A DNA stretch of 64,000 nucleotides. Origin: an uncultured virus (IMG/VR IMGVR_UViG_3300005083_000004) (lineage: Duplodnaviria; Heunggongvirae; Uroviricota; Caudoviricetes). The notes beneath the pieces are model-generated. The model made no database searches, was not told where the DNA came from, and saw nothing but the letters and a program-made list of their open reading frames with translations. Shown here in pieces: positions 40,211 to 52,300 of the stretch. A program made the position numbers and the translations under genes. Location of the stretch: IMG/VR virus record IMGVR_UViG_3300005083_000004; one strand, written 5' to 3'. Position 1 is the first letter of the stretch; every line of letters starts with the position of its first letter.

Positions 40211-40699
40211 TTAATTATTGCCTTTATTTTTATGATTTTTTTTAAAAGTGTCATATTTATCAGTATTAGAAATACTTTCTGTTTGAATAGTATCAGAAGT
40301 TTCATTAGTTGTAATATTTTTATCAGTATTAGAAATACTTTCTGTTTGAATAGTATCAGTTTCATTTTTTTGTGGTTTTTCAGGAGTTGCAGATTTAATT
40401 ACTTTTGAAGCATCTTTATTATTAACAGATTTAATTTTTGTATTGGCATAAGGAACCAATATCTTTTTATAATTCTGATAAGTAATCTGAGTTTCTTCAC
40501 CATTATTATTAACAATATTAAAAGTAATTCTCTGTGGATGTCTTAAAAATGATTCAAATATTTCTACAACAATTTTTGCGTCAAGATCAATTTTTGCTGG
40601 ACTAAGAATTCCTAGTTTAGGTATAATTCCGCTCCCACGAAAATGAATTCTTATTTTTCCTTCAGGTATATTACCTGTTGCATTAACTGCAGTTTGCAT
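40211..40699 (-). CDS. Hypothetical protein with duplicated C-terminal peptide
   Basis: AGGAG SD; DTIQTESISNTDK twice. Confidence 0.6.
   Translation of the reverse strand: MQTAVNATGNIPEGKIRIHFRGSGIIPKLGILSPAKIDLDAKIVVEIFESFLRHPQRITFNIVNNNGEETQITYQNYKKILVPYANTKIKSVNNKDASKVIKSATPEKPQKNETDTIQTESISNTDKNITTNETSDTIQTESISNTDKYDTFKKNHKNKGNN
40256..40359. repeat. 41-bp exact direct repeat, period 63
   Basis: tttatcagtattagaaatactttctgtttgaatagtatcag at 40256 and 40319. Confidence 0.9.
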
Positions 40700-40802
40700 C
40701 TTTAATCTCCTATGGCATATTGAGGATTTTTTATACTAAAGTTAATTTCAATTATATATTAATATATATATAAGAATTTAAATTAAAAAGGAGAATTGTT
40801 AA

Positions 40803-43358
40803 TTGAGAATAACATACATTTCTTTAGAGAATTTCATCGGGATTCAAATTGGACAACAATGTTCAAAAATTTCGATTGATATGAGTAAATCAATTTCACC
40901 AATTACTTGTATTCGTGGTAGAAACGGTTCGGGTAAATCGGTACTATTATCTGAATTACATTGTTTTCCATATAATAATTTAGATAATCGAAATACAATT
41001 TCAACAATTATAAAAGGTAAAACAGGATTAAAAGAAATTCATTATTTATTTAATGGAAATAAATATATCATCAAACACATATATCGTCCTAATAATGATT
41101 CACATTCAGTAAAATGTTATATTCAAAAAAATGATATTGAATTAAATGAAAATGGAAATTATACATCATTTTTGAATATTATATTTCAAGAATTTCAAAT
41201 TAAAGAATCGGATTTTAGATTAATACGATTAGGAACTAATATTGAATCATTCATATCATTATCAACTTTGAATCGTAAAAAATATATATTAACATTGATG
41301 GATAATATCGATTCTTATCTTCAGATACATAAATCAATTTCTACAGAAATTAGAAAAATTAAAACATTAATTGATAATGCCAATTTAGAAATTATTAAAT
41401 TAAATTTAAATATTAATACTAATAGTGATTATGATGAGTTAAAATCGAAAATCAATATAATGGAAATTGATTTAAAAATGATCATGGAAAATATTGGTAT
41501 TAAAAGAAATGAAATAAATAATTTAAATACAAATGATAATGATATAAATACATTATCAAATGAATTGATTCAGTTAAAATCACAATTTCAATTTTATGAA
41601 AATACAAATATTAATATCAAAAAAAATTCTATTAAACAATTAAGAGAGAATTTAGATATATTAAAATCTAATTTAAACAAAATCAATACTCAATTTTATG
41701 AACTTAAATCATCTATAACATCTAATCTTAAAAATATTGAATTTTGTAAATTAGATATTAATAATTTAAACAATGATAGTATCAGAAATATTCGGTCAAA
41801 TATATTAGAAATTGAATTAAAATTATCAACATATAATATTCCACAGATAATGAAAGTTAAAGGAAGTTTAGATGATATTCAAACTATTATTTCATATTTG
41901 AATGAAATAAATAATATTTGTAAGATTATTTATAACAATCCAGATTATATGGTAAAAAAAGCAATTGATTTATATTTAGATAAAAATATTAATATTGGAG
42001 AATGGTATGATAATGCTATATCAAATACCATAAGTTCAGATAATAAATCAATATTAATAAAATATATAAATTCTTTAGAGAGTGATAAAAAATATTCATA
42101 TTTCGATGATATACAATGTCAAAGTTGTATTTATCAACATATTATAAATACTATAATTAACAATAATAAGGAATTTCGTTTTGATCCAGATAGTATTTCA
42201 ATTATTAAATCAATATATTATCAATTTGAAATCATATCAACTAAATTAAATTCTATTGATTTAAACCAATTGCCAATTTCGTTACGAAAATTCATTACAA
42301 TAGATGAAATAATTAAAAAAATACAATCATATGCTGATCCAGTTATCGACTTATTACCATTTATACAATTAAAGAAATTAATTATCGATCGTATAAATAT
42401 TGAAGAGTTACAATATAAACTAATACAATATAAAAAAGATATTTTTAATTTAGCAGATAATGAAAATTATCAAAAAACTCTTGAGGATAGATTAAATAAA
42501 TTTAATGACGATAATATTCAATTAAATCGACAATTGAATCTTATTCAATTAGAACAAAATAGAATTCAATCCAGTATAAAAGAAGCTGAAATTTTAATTG
42601 CTAATAAAATTCAATATGATGATATTCATATCAAAATTAATCAAATTAAACAACGAATAATTCAAATTGAGAAATTGATCGATCAAGAAAATAATAAACA
42701 TAAAATAATTAACCAATATCAATATCAAATTAATGAGTTATTAAATTTATATAATAAAAATAAAAAAGATTATGATCAACTAAATGAAAGATTTATATTA
42801 TATACTAAATATAATAGTATTATTCAGAATAATAGTCGAATATTAAATCAATATAATAAAATATGTGATGCTGTATCTCCAAAAAAAGGAATTCCATTAA
42901 TATATATTGATTTATATTTAAATTCAATTAAATCGGTTTGTAATAATTTATTATCATTAGCATATGGAAATGAACTTCAACTCATGGATTTTGTTATCAC
43001 TGATATATCATTTGAAATTCCATATATGAAAAATGGTAAAATTGTTAAAGATATCAAATATGCATCACAAGGAGAAAATGCATTAATAACAATGACATTA
43101 TCTTTTGCATTAGCATCATCAATTATGGATAATTACAATATATTACTAATTGATGAAATGGATTCAACATTAGATATTATAAACAAATCGATATTTATTG
43201 ATATTTTATATAAACAATTAAATTATATAAATGCTGAACAATGTTTCATCATTACACATAGTTCAAGTATTGATAATATTGCAGTTAATTGTATCGATAT
43301 GTCTCCTGGTATAACAAAATTAACAGATTCATTATTATATAATTTAGAACGAGATTGA
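40803..43358 (+). CDS. sbcC: SbcC/Rad50 SMC-family ATPase
   Basis: GRNGSGKS Walker A, coiled coils, CQSC hook, ASQGE signature, LIDEMD, ITH; TTG start with AAGGAG SD. Confidence 0.9.
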   Translation: MRITYISLENFIGIQIGQQCSKISIDMSKSISPITCIRGRNGSGKSVLLSELHCFPYNNLDNRNTISTIIKGKTGLKEIHYLFNGNKYIIKHIYRPNNDSHSVKCYIQKNDIELNENGNYTSFLNIIFQEFQIKESDFRLIRLGTNIESFISLSTLNRKKYILTLMDNIDSYLQIHKSISTEIRKIKTLIDNANLEIIKLNLNINTNSDYDELKSKINIMEIDLKMIMENIGIKRNEINNLNTNDNDINTLSNELIQLKSQFQFYENTNINIKKNSIKQLRENLDILKSNLNKINTQFYELKSSITSNLKNIEFCKLDINNLNNDSIRNIRSNILEIELKLSTYNIPQIMKVKGSLDDIQTIISYLNEINNICKIIYNNPDYMVKKAIDLYLDKNINIGEWYDNAISNTISSDNKSILIKYINSLESDKKYSYFDDIQCQSCIYQHIINTIINNNKEFRFDPDSISIIKSIYYQFEIISTKLNSIDLNQLPISLRKFITIDEIIKKIQSYADPVIDLLPFIQLKKLIIDRINIEELQYKLIQYKKDIFNLADNENYQKTLEDRLNKFNDDNIQLNRQLNLIQLEQNRIQSSIKEAEILIANKIQYDDIHIKINQIKQRIIQIEKLIDQENNKHKIINQYQYQINELLNLYNKNKKDYDQLNERFILYTKYNSIIQNNSRILNQYNKICDAVSPKKGIPLIYIDLYLNSIKSVCNNLLSLAYGNELQLMDFVITDISFEIPYMKNGKIVKDIKYASQGENALITMTLSFALASSIMDNYNILLIDEMDSTLDIINKSIFIDILYKQLNYINAEQCFIITHSSSIDNIAVNCIDMSPGITKLTDSLLYNLERD

Positions 43359-43429
43359 TATTTTTATTTAATGTTTGCGGTAACAATATTGTTAATAAAC
43401 TCGAAATATAACGGAGGTAATCAATTTTT

Positions 43430-44041
43430 ATGAATAATAACCAACAAAAACCTGATTATATATCAATATCTACTAATGGTAGATTGATAAAATCAGATGT
43501 AGGTCAAGTTAGATTCACAATGTGGAACGACGTAATTCAATTGTCATTCGGAATGGCAACAGGTAAAGATAATAAGAATAATATTACGTATAATAATGAT
43601 CCAAAAAAGAATCCGAATGTAAAAATGAGTTATGGTGTTGCTGCAGCTATTGCTGAATTAATTCGTAAAGAAATATATCCAGCTGCGGTAAATAATATAA
43701 TTAAATCAGTTCAAATAAAAACATATATGAAAGGATCAACAGAATGTTATCTTGAATTTAACATATCAAATGGTAGAATTGAGCTTATTGGAAAAGAAGC
43801 TATCAATGGGCAATTAAAACAATGCTCATATAATTTTCCACCAACTTTGGTTAAAGTTAATGGTCAAGATATGAATGTTCAAGGTGAAGTTTTAGCTTTT
43901 GCTAATACACTTGATTCATTCTCAATGACAGGATTTGATGTTAAAGGTCATATAGAAAAATATAATAATGAAGTTAAATCAAAATTTGCATCTGCTCAAT
44001 ATAATAAATCTCAAGGTAATTTTAATAGTATTCCATTTTAA
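43430..44041 (+). CDS. Hypothetical beta-rich protein, possible ssDNA-binding protein
   Basis: GGAGG SD; ends in SIPF like the SSB C-terminal tip; adjacent to sbcC. Confidence 0.35.
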   Translation: MNNNQQKPDYISISTNGRLIKSDVGQVRFTMWNDVIQLSFGMATGKDNKNNITYNNDPKKNPNVKMSYGVAAAIAELIRKEIYPAAVNNIIKSVQIKTYMKGSTECYLEFNISNGRIELIGKEAINGQLKQCSYNFPPTLVKVNGQDMNVQGEVLAFANTLDSFSMTGFDVKGHIEKYNNEVKSKFASAQYNKSQGNFNSIPF

Positions 44042-44066
44042 TAAAAAAGGAAATTGTAATTTATAT

Positions 44067-44777
44067 ATGAAATATAATCCGAATAATGGTAAATATTTAT
44101 TATTTCAAGGATGTGAAAATGTAATATTTGAGTTTAATGATATAATTGCTTGTCCTGGATATGAGTTTATGAAAGATGTATCAAATAATGATTGTCATGG
44201 TAGTGTATTAAATGAATTATTTCATTTAACAAACTATAAAAATATTGATGTTGATAATTGGTATATTAATAGAGAATTTAATAATCCATTGTCCCAAATA
44301 AACTGGGACAATGGATTATTATTAACATCTAAAGCTTGTGATTTAATATATAATAATGAAATATTAAGTATTTATAAATACTATAAATATTATCCTAAAA
44401 ATATTATATTTAAAATTATTAATACAATGAATCAAATTGATGTATCATCAAAAATCATTGTATGGTCAAAATATTATAATTCTCATATTAATAGTTTTAT
44501 TAAAGATTATTTATCATCATATGGATGTATTTATTATTATGGCAATTTTCCTGATATTATCAAATCATTGAGTTTATATTCAACTTTTGTATTATCAAGC
44601 ATAGATTCAATTAAATCATTCACAGAATTAGAATATAATAAATGTAGACAATTAACAATAATTGACTCAAATTATTTACTAAGATCGAATGTGTATAAGA
44701 ATCTTATAAAACAACTTGTCAAATTACCACAGATAGGATCAATCAAATTATCAACCATATTAGAAAACAATATATGA
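44067..44777 (+). CDS. Hypothetical protein, possibly degenerate HAD fold (ORF track start 43968)
   Basis: NVIFEFNDII resembles HAD motif I. Confidence 0.4.
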   Translation: MKYNPNNGKYLLFQGCENVIFEFNDIIACPGYEFMKDVSNNDCHGSVLNELFHLTNYKNIDVDNWYINREFNNPLSQINWDNGLLLTSKACDLIYNNEILSIYKYYKYYPKNIIFKIINTMNQIDVSSKIIVWSKYYNSHINSFIKDYLSSYGCIYYYGNFPDIIKSLSLYSTFVLSSIDSIKSFTELEYNKCRQLTIIDSNYLLRSNVYKNLIKQLVKLPQIGSIKLSTILENNI

Positions 44778-46480
44778 AAAAAATAGCGAGGTCATTAATG
44801 CAAAAGAATAAGTTACCTGACAAATATGGATATCAATCGCATAAATTTCCACACGGGTTTGAAAATTACTTTTATAAATGGACTCCATTTGAAGAAGATA
44901 TTTTATTCGTTCCCATGAAGAATAAAGTTACTATTAGTTTCGATAAGTTACTCGGTAAACCAGAATTTCAAGTATTAAATAATTTTATAATTACAAAACA
45001 TAGTTATTCGAATAACCTTGATATTATATGTGAGGATTTAAATTTCTTTTCAGCATTATATGATAGAGATCATGAATTAGTATTAGGATTATTCCGTCTC
45101 AAATTTTTAATTGATAATCAAAATAAATCGGTTGATAATTTCGATAAATTTAAATCGATAGTATATGAAACTGTGGTTTCTGAAAATATTAAAAAAAAGA
45201 TAAGTTTAATGGTTGAAGAGAATTATGCACATGATATTTCAATTGATATGAAATCTTTAACAATTGGAAAATCTCGTAATATTTTAGAATTTACAAATGA
45301 TCATGTTAAATGTATCCTAAAATCTGCATATGTAATTAAAATATTAGCTATAATAACATCTCATTATTTGGCTATCAACGGTATAAAATCAACATCAACA
45401 TCATATAAATTATATTTTGATGATATGTATATTGCAGCATTAAATTTATTTTCAGATAAATATGATATTTATACAAAAACGTTGATGTATATAGAATCAA
45501 AAATTAAAGATTCCATGAATCACAATAAACCGATACATAGTCAGAGAGAAATCAATGGTGAGGATATTGTAACATGCACTCATTTAATTTTTAGAAAATA
45601 TTTACTAACTGATTCATTTTTAAAGTTTAGATTACAAAAAACATGGAATAAGGAATTGGGACGTCCAACGGAATCGATATTATCATATTATAAAGCAATT
45701 CCAAATTCTCATCTAGAATGGATATTAAAACAACAATTCAAATTTACAATTGTGGAAACGGTTAATGATATTGGCGATGAAGGAATAAATAAAATAGATC
45801 GTTTAAAAATACAATTATCAAATATAGATGAAGAAATAAATATAATGATTGAAGTTAATATTAATGAAAGAATTAAATATATTACAGAAATATTTGCTCC
45901 AATATTACCTGATGAAAAAGTAAATTGGTATATTAAACATCTTAAAGTTATGCCAATTCATATTGTTCTTATTGAACAATATTTCAAATCTTATTTTGGT
46001 AATCCTAAAGCAATTCGATTTATTAATAATAGACAATCAATTCAATTATTATTAATACTTGAATATATTTTGATGAAAGATGTTATTGTTAAAAATAAAA
46101 TGTCTATTGATGATTTAGCTGATTTACCTATATTACCATTCATTATTACAGCCAATATTAAAGATAATTTAATAACTAAAAAAATTAATAAAGCTAATAT
46201 CGATTTATTATTCAATAATAGTTATTATCGTAAAATAATTAATGATCGATATAGTTGGATTGAATCAATATCTACAGATTGTGTTAAAAATACAATCCTC
46301 AATTTTATAACACCGACATATGAAATTTGTTCATATGATCATCCAGAATTAAATGGCACAATTATCGAATATGATAAAAAACATTTAATAGATGAATTAG
46401 TACAGTTTCTATTAAATATACCATCTGAAAATGAATGTTATTATGATGAAAAATGCTTATTTGATAAATATAGATGTTAA
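44774..46480 (+). CDS. Large helical protein; candidate sigma-like non-virion RNAP specificity subunit
   Basis: Size and all-alpha character comparable to phiKZ gp68/AR9 gp226; no decisive motif seen. Confidence 0.3.
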   Translation: MKKIARSLMQKNKLPDKYGYQSHKFPHGFENYFYKWTPFEEDILFVPMKNKVTISFDKLLGKPEFQVLNNFIITKHSYSNNLDIICEDLNFFSALYDRDHELVLGLFRLKFLIDNQNKSVDNFDKFKSIVYETVVSENIKKKISLMVEENYAHDISIDMKSLTIGKSRNILEFTNDHVKCILKSAYVIKILAIITSHYLAINGIKSTSTSYKLYFDDMYIAALNLFSDKYDIYTKTLMYIESKIKDSMNHNKPIHSQREINGEDIVTCTHLIFRKYLLTDSFLKFRLQKTWNKELGRPTESILSYYKAIPNSHLEWILKQQFKFTIVETVNDIGDEGINKIDRLKIQLSNIDEEINIMIEVNINERIKYITEIFAPILPDEKVNWYIKHLKVMPIHIVLIEQYFKSYFGNPKAIRFINNRQSIQLLLILEYILMKDVIVKNKMSIDDLADLPILPFIITANIKDNLITKKINKANIDLLFNNSYYRKIINDRYSWIESISTDCVKNTILNFITPTYEICSYDHPELNGTIIEYDKKHLIDELVQFLLNIPSENECYYDEKCLFDKYRC

Positions 46481-46487
46481 TGAGATT

Positions 46488-46518
46488 AAAAAAGGCGACG
46501 AACTCGTCGCTTTTTTTT
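46488..46518. terminator. Bidirectional terminator
   Basis: aaaaaaggcgacg-aact-cgtcgctttttttt. Confidence 0.8.
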
Positions 46519-46524
46519 AATTTT

Positions 46525-47625
46525 TTATATTTGTAAATAGTCATACCATGCTCTTAAGAGAATTATATTTTCTTCCGATAATTCTCCTTGTTCAATTATT
46601 TCATCTAATAATCCATTTAATTCTTTAATGTATTTTTCAATTTCTTTTTTATAAGATTTATATTTTGGATCTTTCAAATCCAATTCTAATTGTTTTATTA
46701 TCATTTTCATTCTATGAATTGTTGATGAATGAACATCATTATTTTCAATATTTGATAAATAGCAAAGATTATGATGTAATTCATCAATTAAATTAAATAT
46801 ATTATCGGTTTCATGTTGAGATTTTATTCTCTTAAATAAAGGATCATAAAAAGTTAAATATTTAATTAAGTCTTTTCCATATCCATATGCAACTGGTAAC
46901 ATATCAGCATAGAATTCATGTTTTTGTGCATTTTGTAAATTACCATAACCAATTTTTGTAATTTCATTAGATCCAGTATCACCAACAGCTTTACGAAGAG
47001 ATTTCCCTGACAATAACTCTCCTAGTATTTTAATGAATAACCCAAGTTTACTTGTAATTTGCCCTTTGGATTTTTTACTGGCACAATCTTTAATGATTGT
47101 GATTAAATTTGTTGATTTTTTTATTTCCATTAATTGAAATTCTTCATCAAATGCATGTCCAATTTCATGTAACAATGAAGCCATTTGCATTTTTATGGTA
47201 ATATCAGGATTAAATTCATATGGTATACTAATATTAGCTTTAATTGAATTTGATACATCTTTTATCCCTTTTAACGATGACTCAATTGTTGCTTTATATC
47301 CTTTATTATATGATATATATGATCGATGTCCAATAAAAATGTATTTTACATTAATAAACATATATGGTCCCATTCTACTATATATAGGAATTTCTATATT
47401 TATATCTCTAAATCCAAATACTTTTTTAATTAGATCTTCAATTTGTTTTATTCTTGGATCAGCAAAATTATACTTATTATTCTTTATAAATTTTAACGTA
47501 TTACCATTAGATTCTTTCCATAAATTTCTAATATCGGCCATTATATCATTTAAAAGTTTTTCAATATTATCAAATTCTTTAGGTCGTTGATAATATGTTT
47601 CAGTAATTAATTCGGAGTATGACAT
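46525..47625 (-). CDS. Zincin metallopeptidase-like protein (ORF track start 47685)
   Basis: LLHEIGH, EFYAD, YGYG, DVH....R (M48-like arrangement). Confidence 0.75.
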   Translation of the reverse strand: MSYSELITETYYQRPKEFDNIEKLLNDIMADIRNLWKESNGNTLKFIKNNKYNFADPRIKQIEDLIKKVFGFRDINIEIPIYSRMGPYMFINVKYIFIGHRSYISYNKGYKATIESSLKGIKDVSNSIKANISIPYEFNPDITIKMQMASLLHEIGHAFDEEFQLMEIKKSTNLITIIKDCASKKSKGQITSKLGLFIKILGELLSGKSLRKAVGDTGSNEITKIGYGNLQNAQKHEFYADMLPVAYGYGKDLIKYLTFYDPLFKRIKSQHETDNIFNLIDELHHNLCYLSNIENNDVHSSTIHRMKMIIKQLELDLKDPKYKSYKKEIEKYIKELNGLLDEIIEQGELSEENIILLRAWYDYLQI

Positions 47626-47768
47626 AATTATATTCCCACAATGTATAAAATATTTTAATGTTGTGTTGAAATAGTAATAACTCAATAAAAAAGGAGCGAT
47701 TGTTTCCTTTTCTTTTTTTATTATTTCGAACTTTTTCTTAACCTAATCCAATATAAGGAGATTAATAA

Positions 47769-49259
47769 ATGGCATATAAATATAAATGTGCATTTTGTCG
47801 ATATCAAGATAATGATATAAATAAAACAGGTAAACATTATATCGATTGTCATAAATCATTATTACCTGATGATATGGAAGTGAATCAATTTGTATACTAT
47901 ATTAAAACAGGAAAAAAATCAGGTTCTTGTATAATATGTAAAAAACCTACAGATTGGAATTCGAACACGAATAAATATAATAGATTTTGTAATAATCCAA
48001 GATGTAAAGAAATATATCGTGAAGAATTTAAGAAACGAATGATTGGTAAATATGGTCAAATACATTTATTAAATGATCCTCAAAAACAGAAAGAAATGTT
48101 GGCTAAAAGAAAAATTTCAGGAGTATATACTTGGAGTAATGGTAAAGCAAAATTTGGATATACTGGATCATATGAATTAGATTTCTTAAAGTATTTAGAT
48201 TATAATAACTGGGATTATAAAGATTTAATGAGTCCAGCTCCACAAATATTTGAATATAAATATGGAGATAAAGATCATTTTTATATGCCGGATTTTTATA
48301 TACCATCTTTAAATTTAATAATTGAAATAAAAGATGGTGATCCAAATAATAAAGATCATAATGCAAATCGACATCATAAAATTACTGAAATAGATCGTAT
48401 AAAAGAAAAAGCAAAAGATGATGTAATGAGATCATTAAAATCTCAATATAATTATATTAAAATTTTAAATAAAGATTATAAAAACTTTCAAAATTATTTA
48501 AAAAATCAAGAACCGAAATATTTATTTGAATCATATGATGTTGAATATTTCGAATCAGATTTAATGTTTGAAAATATTTATGTAGATGATTTTATTGATT
48601 ATGCACAAGATAAATTGGATACTTGGGTAAATGATGTCAATGCAGAAGAAGAATCTAAAGAAATAAATGATCCAGATTTTATTTCAGATAAACAAAAAAG
48701 ACAAGTTATATCAGATATTGCTAAAGATTTCATTAATGATACTTTTCATGGATATAACAATATATGTATTTGGTATCGAAAATTGGTATGTGAATTTATT
48801 AATGAATGGGAAGATTTTATTAAAGAAAATAAATATTCTGATATATATGAAAGATCAAAACAATATAATGATCAGATTAAAAATTTGATGAATCATAACA
48901 TGAAAACAGTTCAAGAAAAATTTTTGAATAAAATGTATTTAAAAAATATAAAAATAAGTAAAGATCATTCTCATAATCAAATGAAACCAAACCCAGAATT
49001 GATTACAAATCTATTATGGATGTATAGTGTAAAAATTGCTATATTCGATTATAATATTGATGATTCTTATCATTTTGATATAACCAAGGATATTAAATTA
49101 AATAATCCAACTTTTTTACAAAATAAATTAGAGAAAAAATTTGAAAAATATTTTCTTCCAACTTTCTCAAAATCAAACATCGATATAAAGAGTACTTATG
49201 AAATTATTGACCATGTGAAGATGATACGTTTTGATTTATTTGCTGACATAGATATGTAA
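47769..49259 (+). CDS. Zn-finger plus PD-(D/E)XK nuclease with extra C-terminal domain
   Basis: CAFC..H...H, CIIC..C...C, SYE..F, YMPDFY..IIEIKDG. Confidence 0.7.
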   Translation: MAYKYKCAFCRYQDNDINKTGKHYIDCHKSLLPDDMEVNQFVYYIKTGKKSGSCIICKKPTDWNSNTNKYNRFCNNPRCKEIYREEFKKRMIGKYGQIHLLNDPQKQKEMLAKRKISGVYTWSNGKAKFGYTGSYELDFLKYLDYNNWDYKDLMSPAPQIFEYKYGDKDHFYMPDFYIPSLNLIIEIKDGDPNNKDHNANRHHKITEIDRIKEKAKDDVMRSLKSQYNYIKILNKDYKNFQNYLKNQEPKYLFESYDVEYFESDLMFENIYVDDFIDYAQDKLDTWVNDVNAEEESKEINDPDFISDKQKRQVISDIAKDFINDTFHGYNNICIWYRKLVCEFINEWEDFIKENKYSDIYERSKQYNDQIKNLMNHNMKTVQEKFLNKMYLKNIKISKDHSHNQMKPNPELITNLLWMYSVKIAIFDYNIDDSYHFDITKDIKLNNPTFLQNKLEKKFEKYFLPTFSKSNIDIKSTYEIIDHVKMIRFDLFADIDM

Positions 49260-49369
49260 GCAAATTATTTTTTAAATTATATCAAATAACTTTAAAAAAA
49301 GTTTACTCATTCAAGATGGATAATAATTTTCACAAAATAAAATTAATTTTATAAGGAGATAATATTTCT

Positions 49370-52300
49370 ATGGCAACATATAAAAACGAGATTACCACTA
49401 GTGAAGGTCTAGTATATATACTCAACCAATTATACAATGAAACTATATCTAACAATGATAAGAAAGAGGATAGCTCAAATAAAGCATATATCATTGATAA
49501 TATTGGTCGAGTTATATTGGCATATAATTTATATACAGATTTTGTTCCTGCACAAGTAAAAGAATTGGGTTATGCCAAAGACGGAGATCTTGTATTAATT
49601 AAAGATGATGCTTTAAATGATCATCTAAGTTCAGTTTATCGTCTATCGGATGTTGCAAGTTATCCAAATTTGGTATTTGTTAGAACCTTTAATTACGAAG
49701 AATATGCATCAGTAGGAGCAGTATTACAAATTGTCGGTAATGTTACTGCTGTTCATGAATTATATGTTGATACAGAACTTAATAAGAAACTTGACAACTA
49801 TCAAGGAACCGATAAAGCTGGATATATTGCATATATTGGTGATGATGGCAATATTTTCTTTGGTCCTCGTGGTATCGATGGTGTCGCTACAATAACTGGA
49901 CCAGAAGAAATTGTTGATAACACTGATCCGGCTAATCCGGTTATAAACCATGATCCGACAAAACAAGATCTGGATCAAATTTTAAGTTCACTATCTTCTA
50001 TTACTGCAGAAGAAGGTGCATTGATGTTGAGCGGTTTAGAAACCGTAGAAGCACGAAAGATATTTGATTCTGATATTGACATGACTAAGAATCCGGATTC
50101 AAAGTTTTGGTATGTATATGCATTAGCCCGTGCAGTTAAAACATTTACACGGGAAAATGGTTCGATTGTATTTACAAAAAAAGAATTTGATTCAATCAAA
50201 TCCTTTTTGATTGAGGAAACAGAAACTCAAGACTATGATATAGTTGGTCGTGGAGTTATCACAACTTTATCAGCTCATGAAACCGGTGTTATTCTTGGTA
50301 ATGAAAATGATATCGTTACAATCAAAGCAATTCAAACTACCGATGGACCTGCAGCATATGTATTGACTGCGGATGATCCTATTCCTAATGATGCAAATAA
50401 AATTGCATTAAGAGATTGGGTCCGTGCAATGATTGCAGACGCGATACATGGAAAAGGTGAAAACCGTGGTATATTTGGATATTATGCCACCAGTAAATCA
50501 TTAGTTGAAAGCATTGTGCCTGAACCTGGGTATACGACAGCTATATCATTGACTGAAGATCTAAATGTATCTAAGGGCACATACACAATCAGCGGTTGGA
50601 CATGGACTGATCTAACAGGATTAGATAATTGGGTAAATGGCGACTTTGCTTCAATCAGATATCTTTTGGATTATCCAAGTGGAGCAGGAAGCTATAGGTC
50701 AGGAACAATTGTCTATATGACGATCGATGGATCCAATAGATTTGATGTAGATACAGACCGTCAATTCTTTGCTGATGAAATTGATATCCATGATAATCAA
50801 GGAGAGATTGAATTTAAATTAAAGACTCTTGGAAGTAAAAATGTATTAAATAATACAGATGCCGATAAAATTGAATTTGATTCAACAGCAAATGATACAT
50901 TAACTATCAAGGATAAGATAGAATTTGAAGTTGACCGTTTAGATGAATATGATGCAAAAGAACAAGGTGAAATTGATCAGTTAAGAATCGATGTTGATAC
51001 TGATCGTGCAGAATTAACTGAAACAACTGCTCGTTCAATTAAAAATGAAGAAGATATAGATGCACTTGATATTCGTTTAATTTCAGCCGAAAGTGAGATT
51101 GACGTTCTTCAAGAGGAAATGATTGAGCAACAGAATAAAAAGATCAAAGATATTGATGTTGATGTAACAGTTGCGGTTACAACATATAAAGAAGCTATTG
51201 CTCGTGCTATTAATGCTTTCCAAAATACTGATGGTAGCATTACATTTGATCTTAAAACATTTGCAGGTATTGCACCTAAAATCTTTGTTCAAACAGATAC
51301 TGAAAATCTTAATTTGATTTCATACTTGAAAGATGCATTAAGAAATCAGATTGAAGTTGGTGATGAAAATCGTGTTGTTATACTCAGAGCAGGATTAACA
51401 TCAACTGGAGATCCTGGAGCATATGTTTTAACAGGAGAAGATGAAGATAAAACTCCTGACAAAATAATTGCATTAAGAGGATGGACTCAAGATCAAATTG
51501 CTGCAGCTGTGAAAGATATTGGTAGAAACCGTGGTATTTATGGATATTATGGATCGAGTCGTGAAGATATTGAAGCAATTCCAACTGATAAAATAGATCC
51601 TGAATATACATCAGCATTGGTATTGGAAGATGATATTATCCTAGTAGGAAAATTCAATAATTCAAAATGGTTATGGACAGAATTTCAACCTGTATGGGTA
51701 AATGGTGATTTTGCACATATTCGTTATCTTCTCGAATTCCCAATTGGTAATACATGGCAATCTGGTCAAATCGTTTATATTACAGATGTAGGACCTGTTC
51801 ATATTGATATTGACGTTGACCGTCAACATGATCCAGATTTAGTAGATATCAATTTAAATGATTTAGGTCAAATTACATTAAAGAACAGAACCCTTGTCAC
51901 AGTTGATGGTGATAAGACAGTTCTTAATAACACGACAGCTGACAGAATTGATTATGATGGAACATTAACAATTCTCCAAGCAGGTAAAAAAGCTGAACAA
52001 GACTTCATTAATGAAGTTGCTCGTGCAACAGGACGAGAAAATGATATTGAGAATAATCTGATTGGGACACAACAAGATTTAACTAATTTAACTAATAGGG
52101 TTACAATAGCTGAATCTGATATTGATAATGTTGAAAATCGTGCAACATCTCTAGAAAATAGAGTAACAGTTAATGAAGAAGATATTGTTAATATTAAAGC
52201 AAAAGATGTTGAACAAGATGGAAGACTTGATAATCTTGAACAATTCCGAGCCGATGAAGAAGAATTTGATAAAACAGTTGTTCTTAAAGAGAATTTTGGT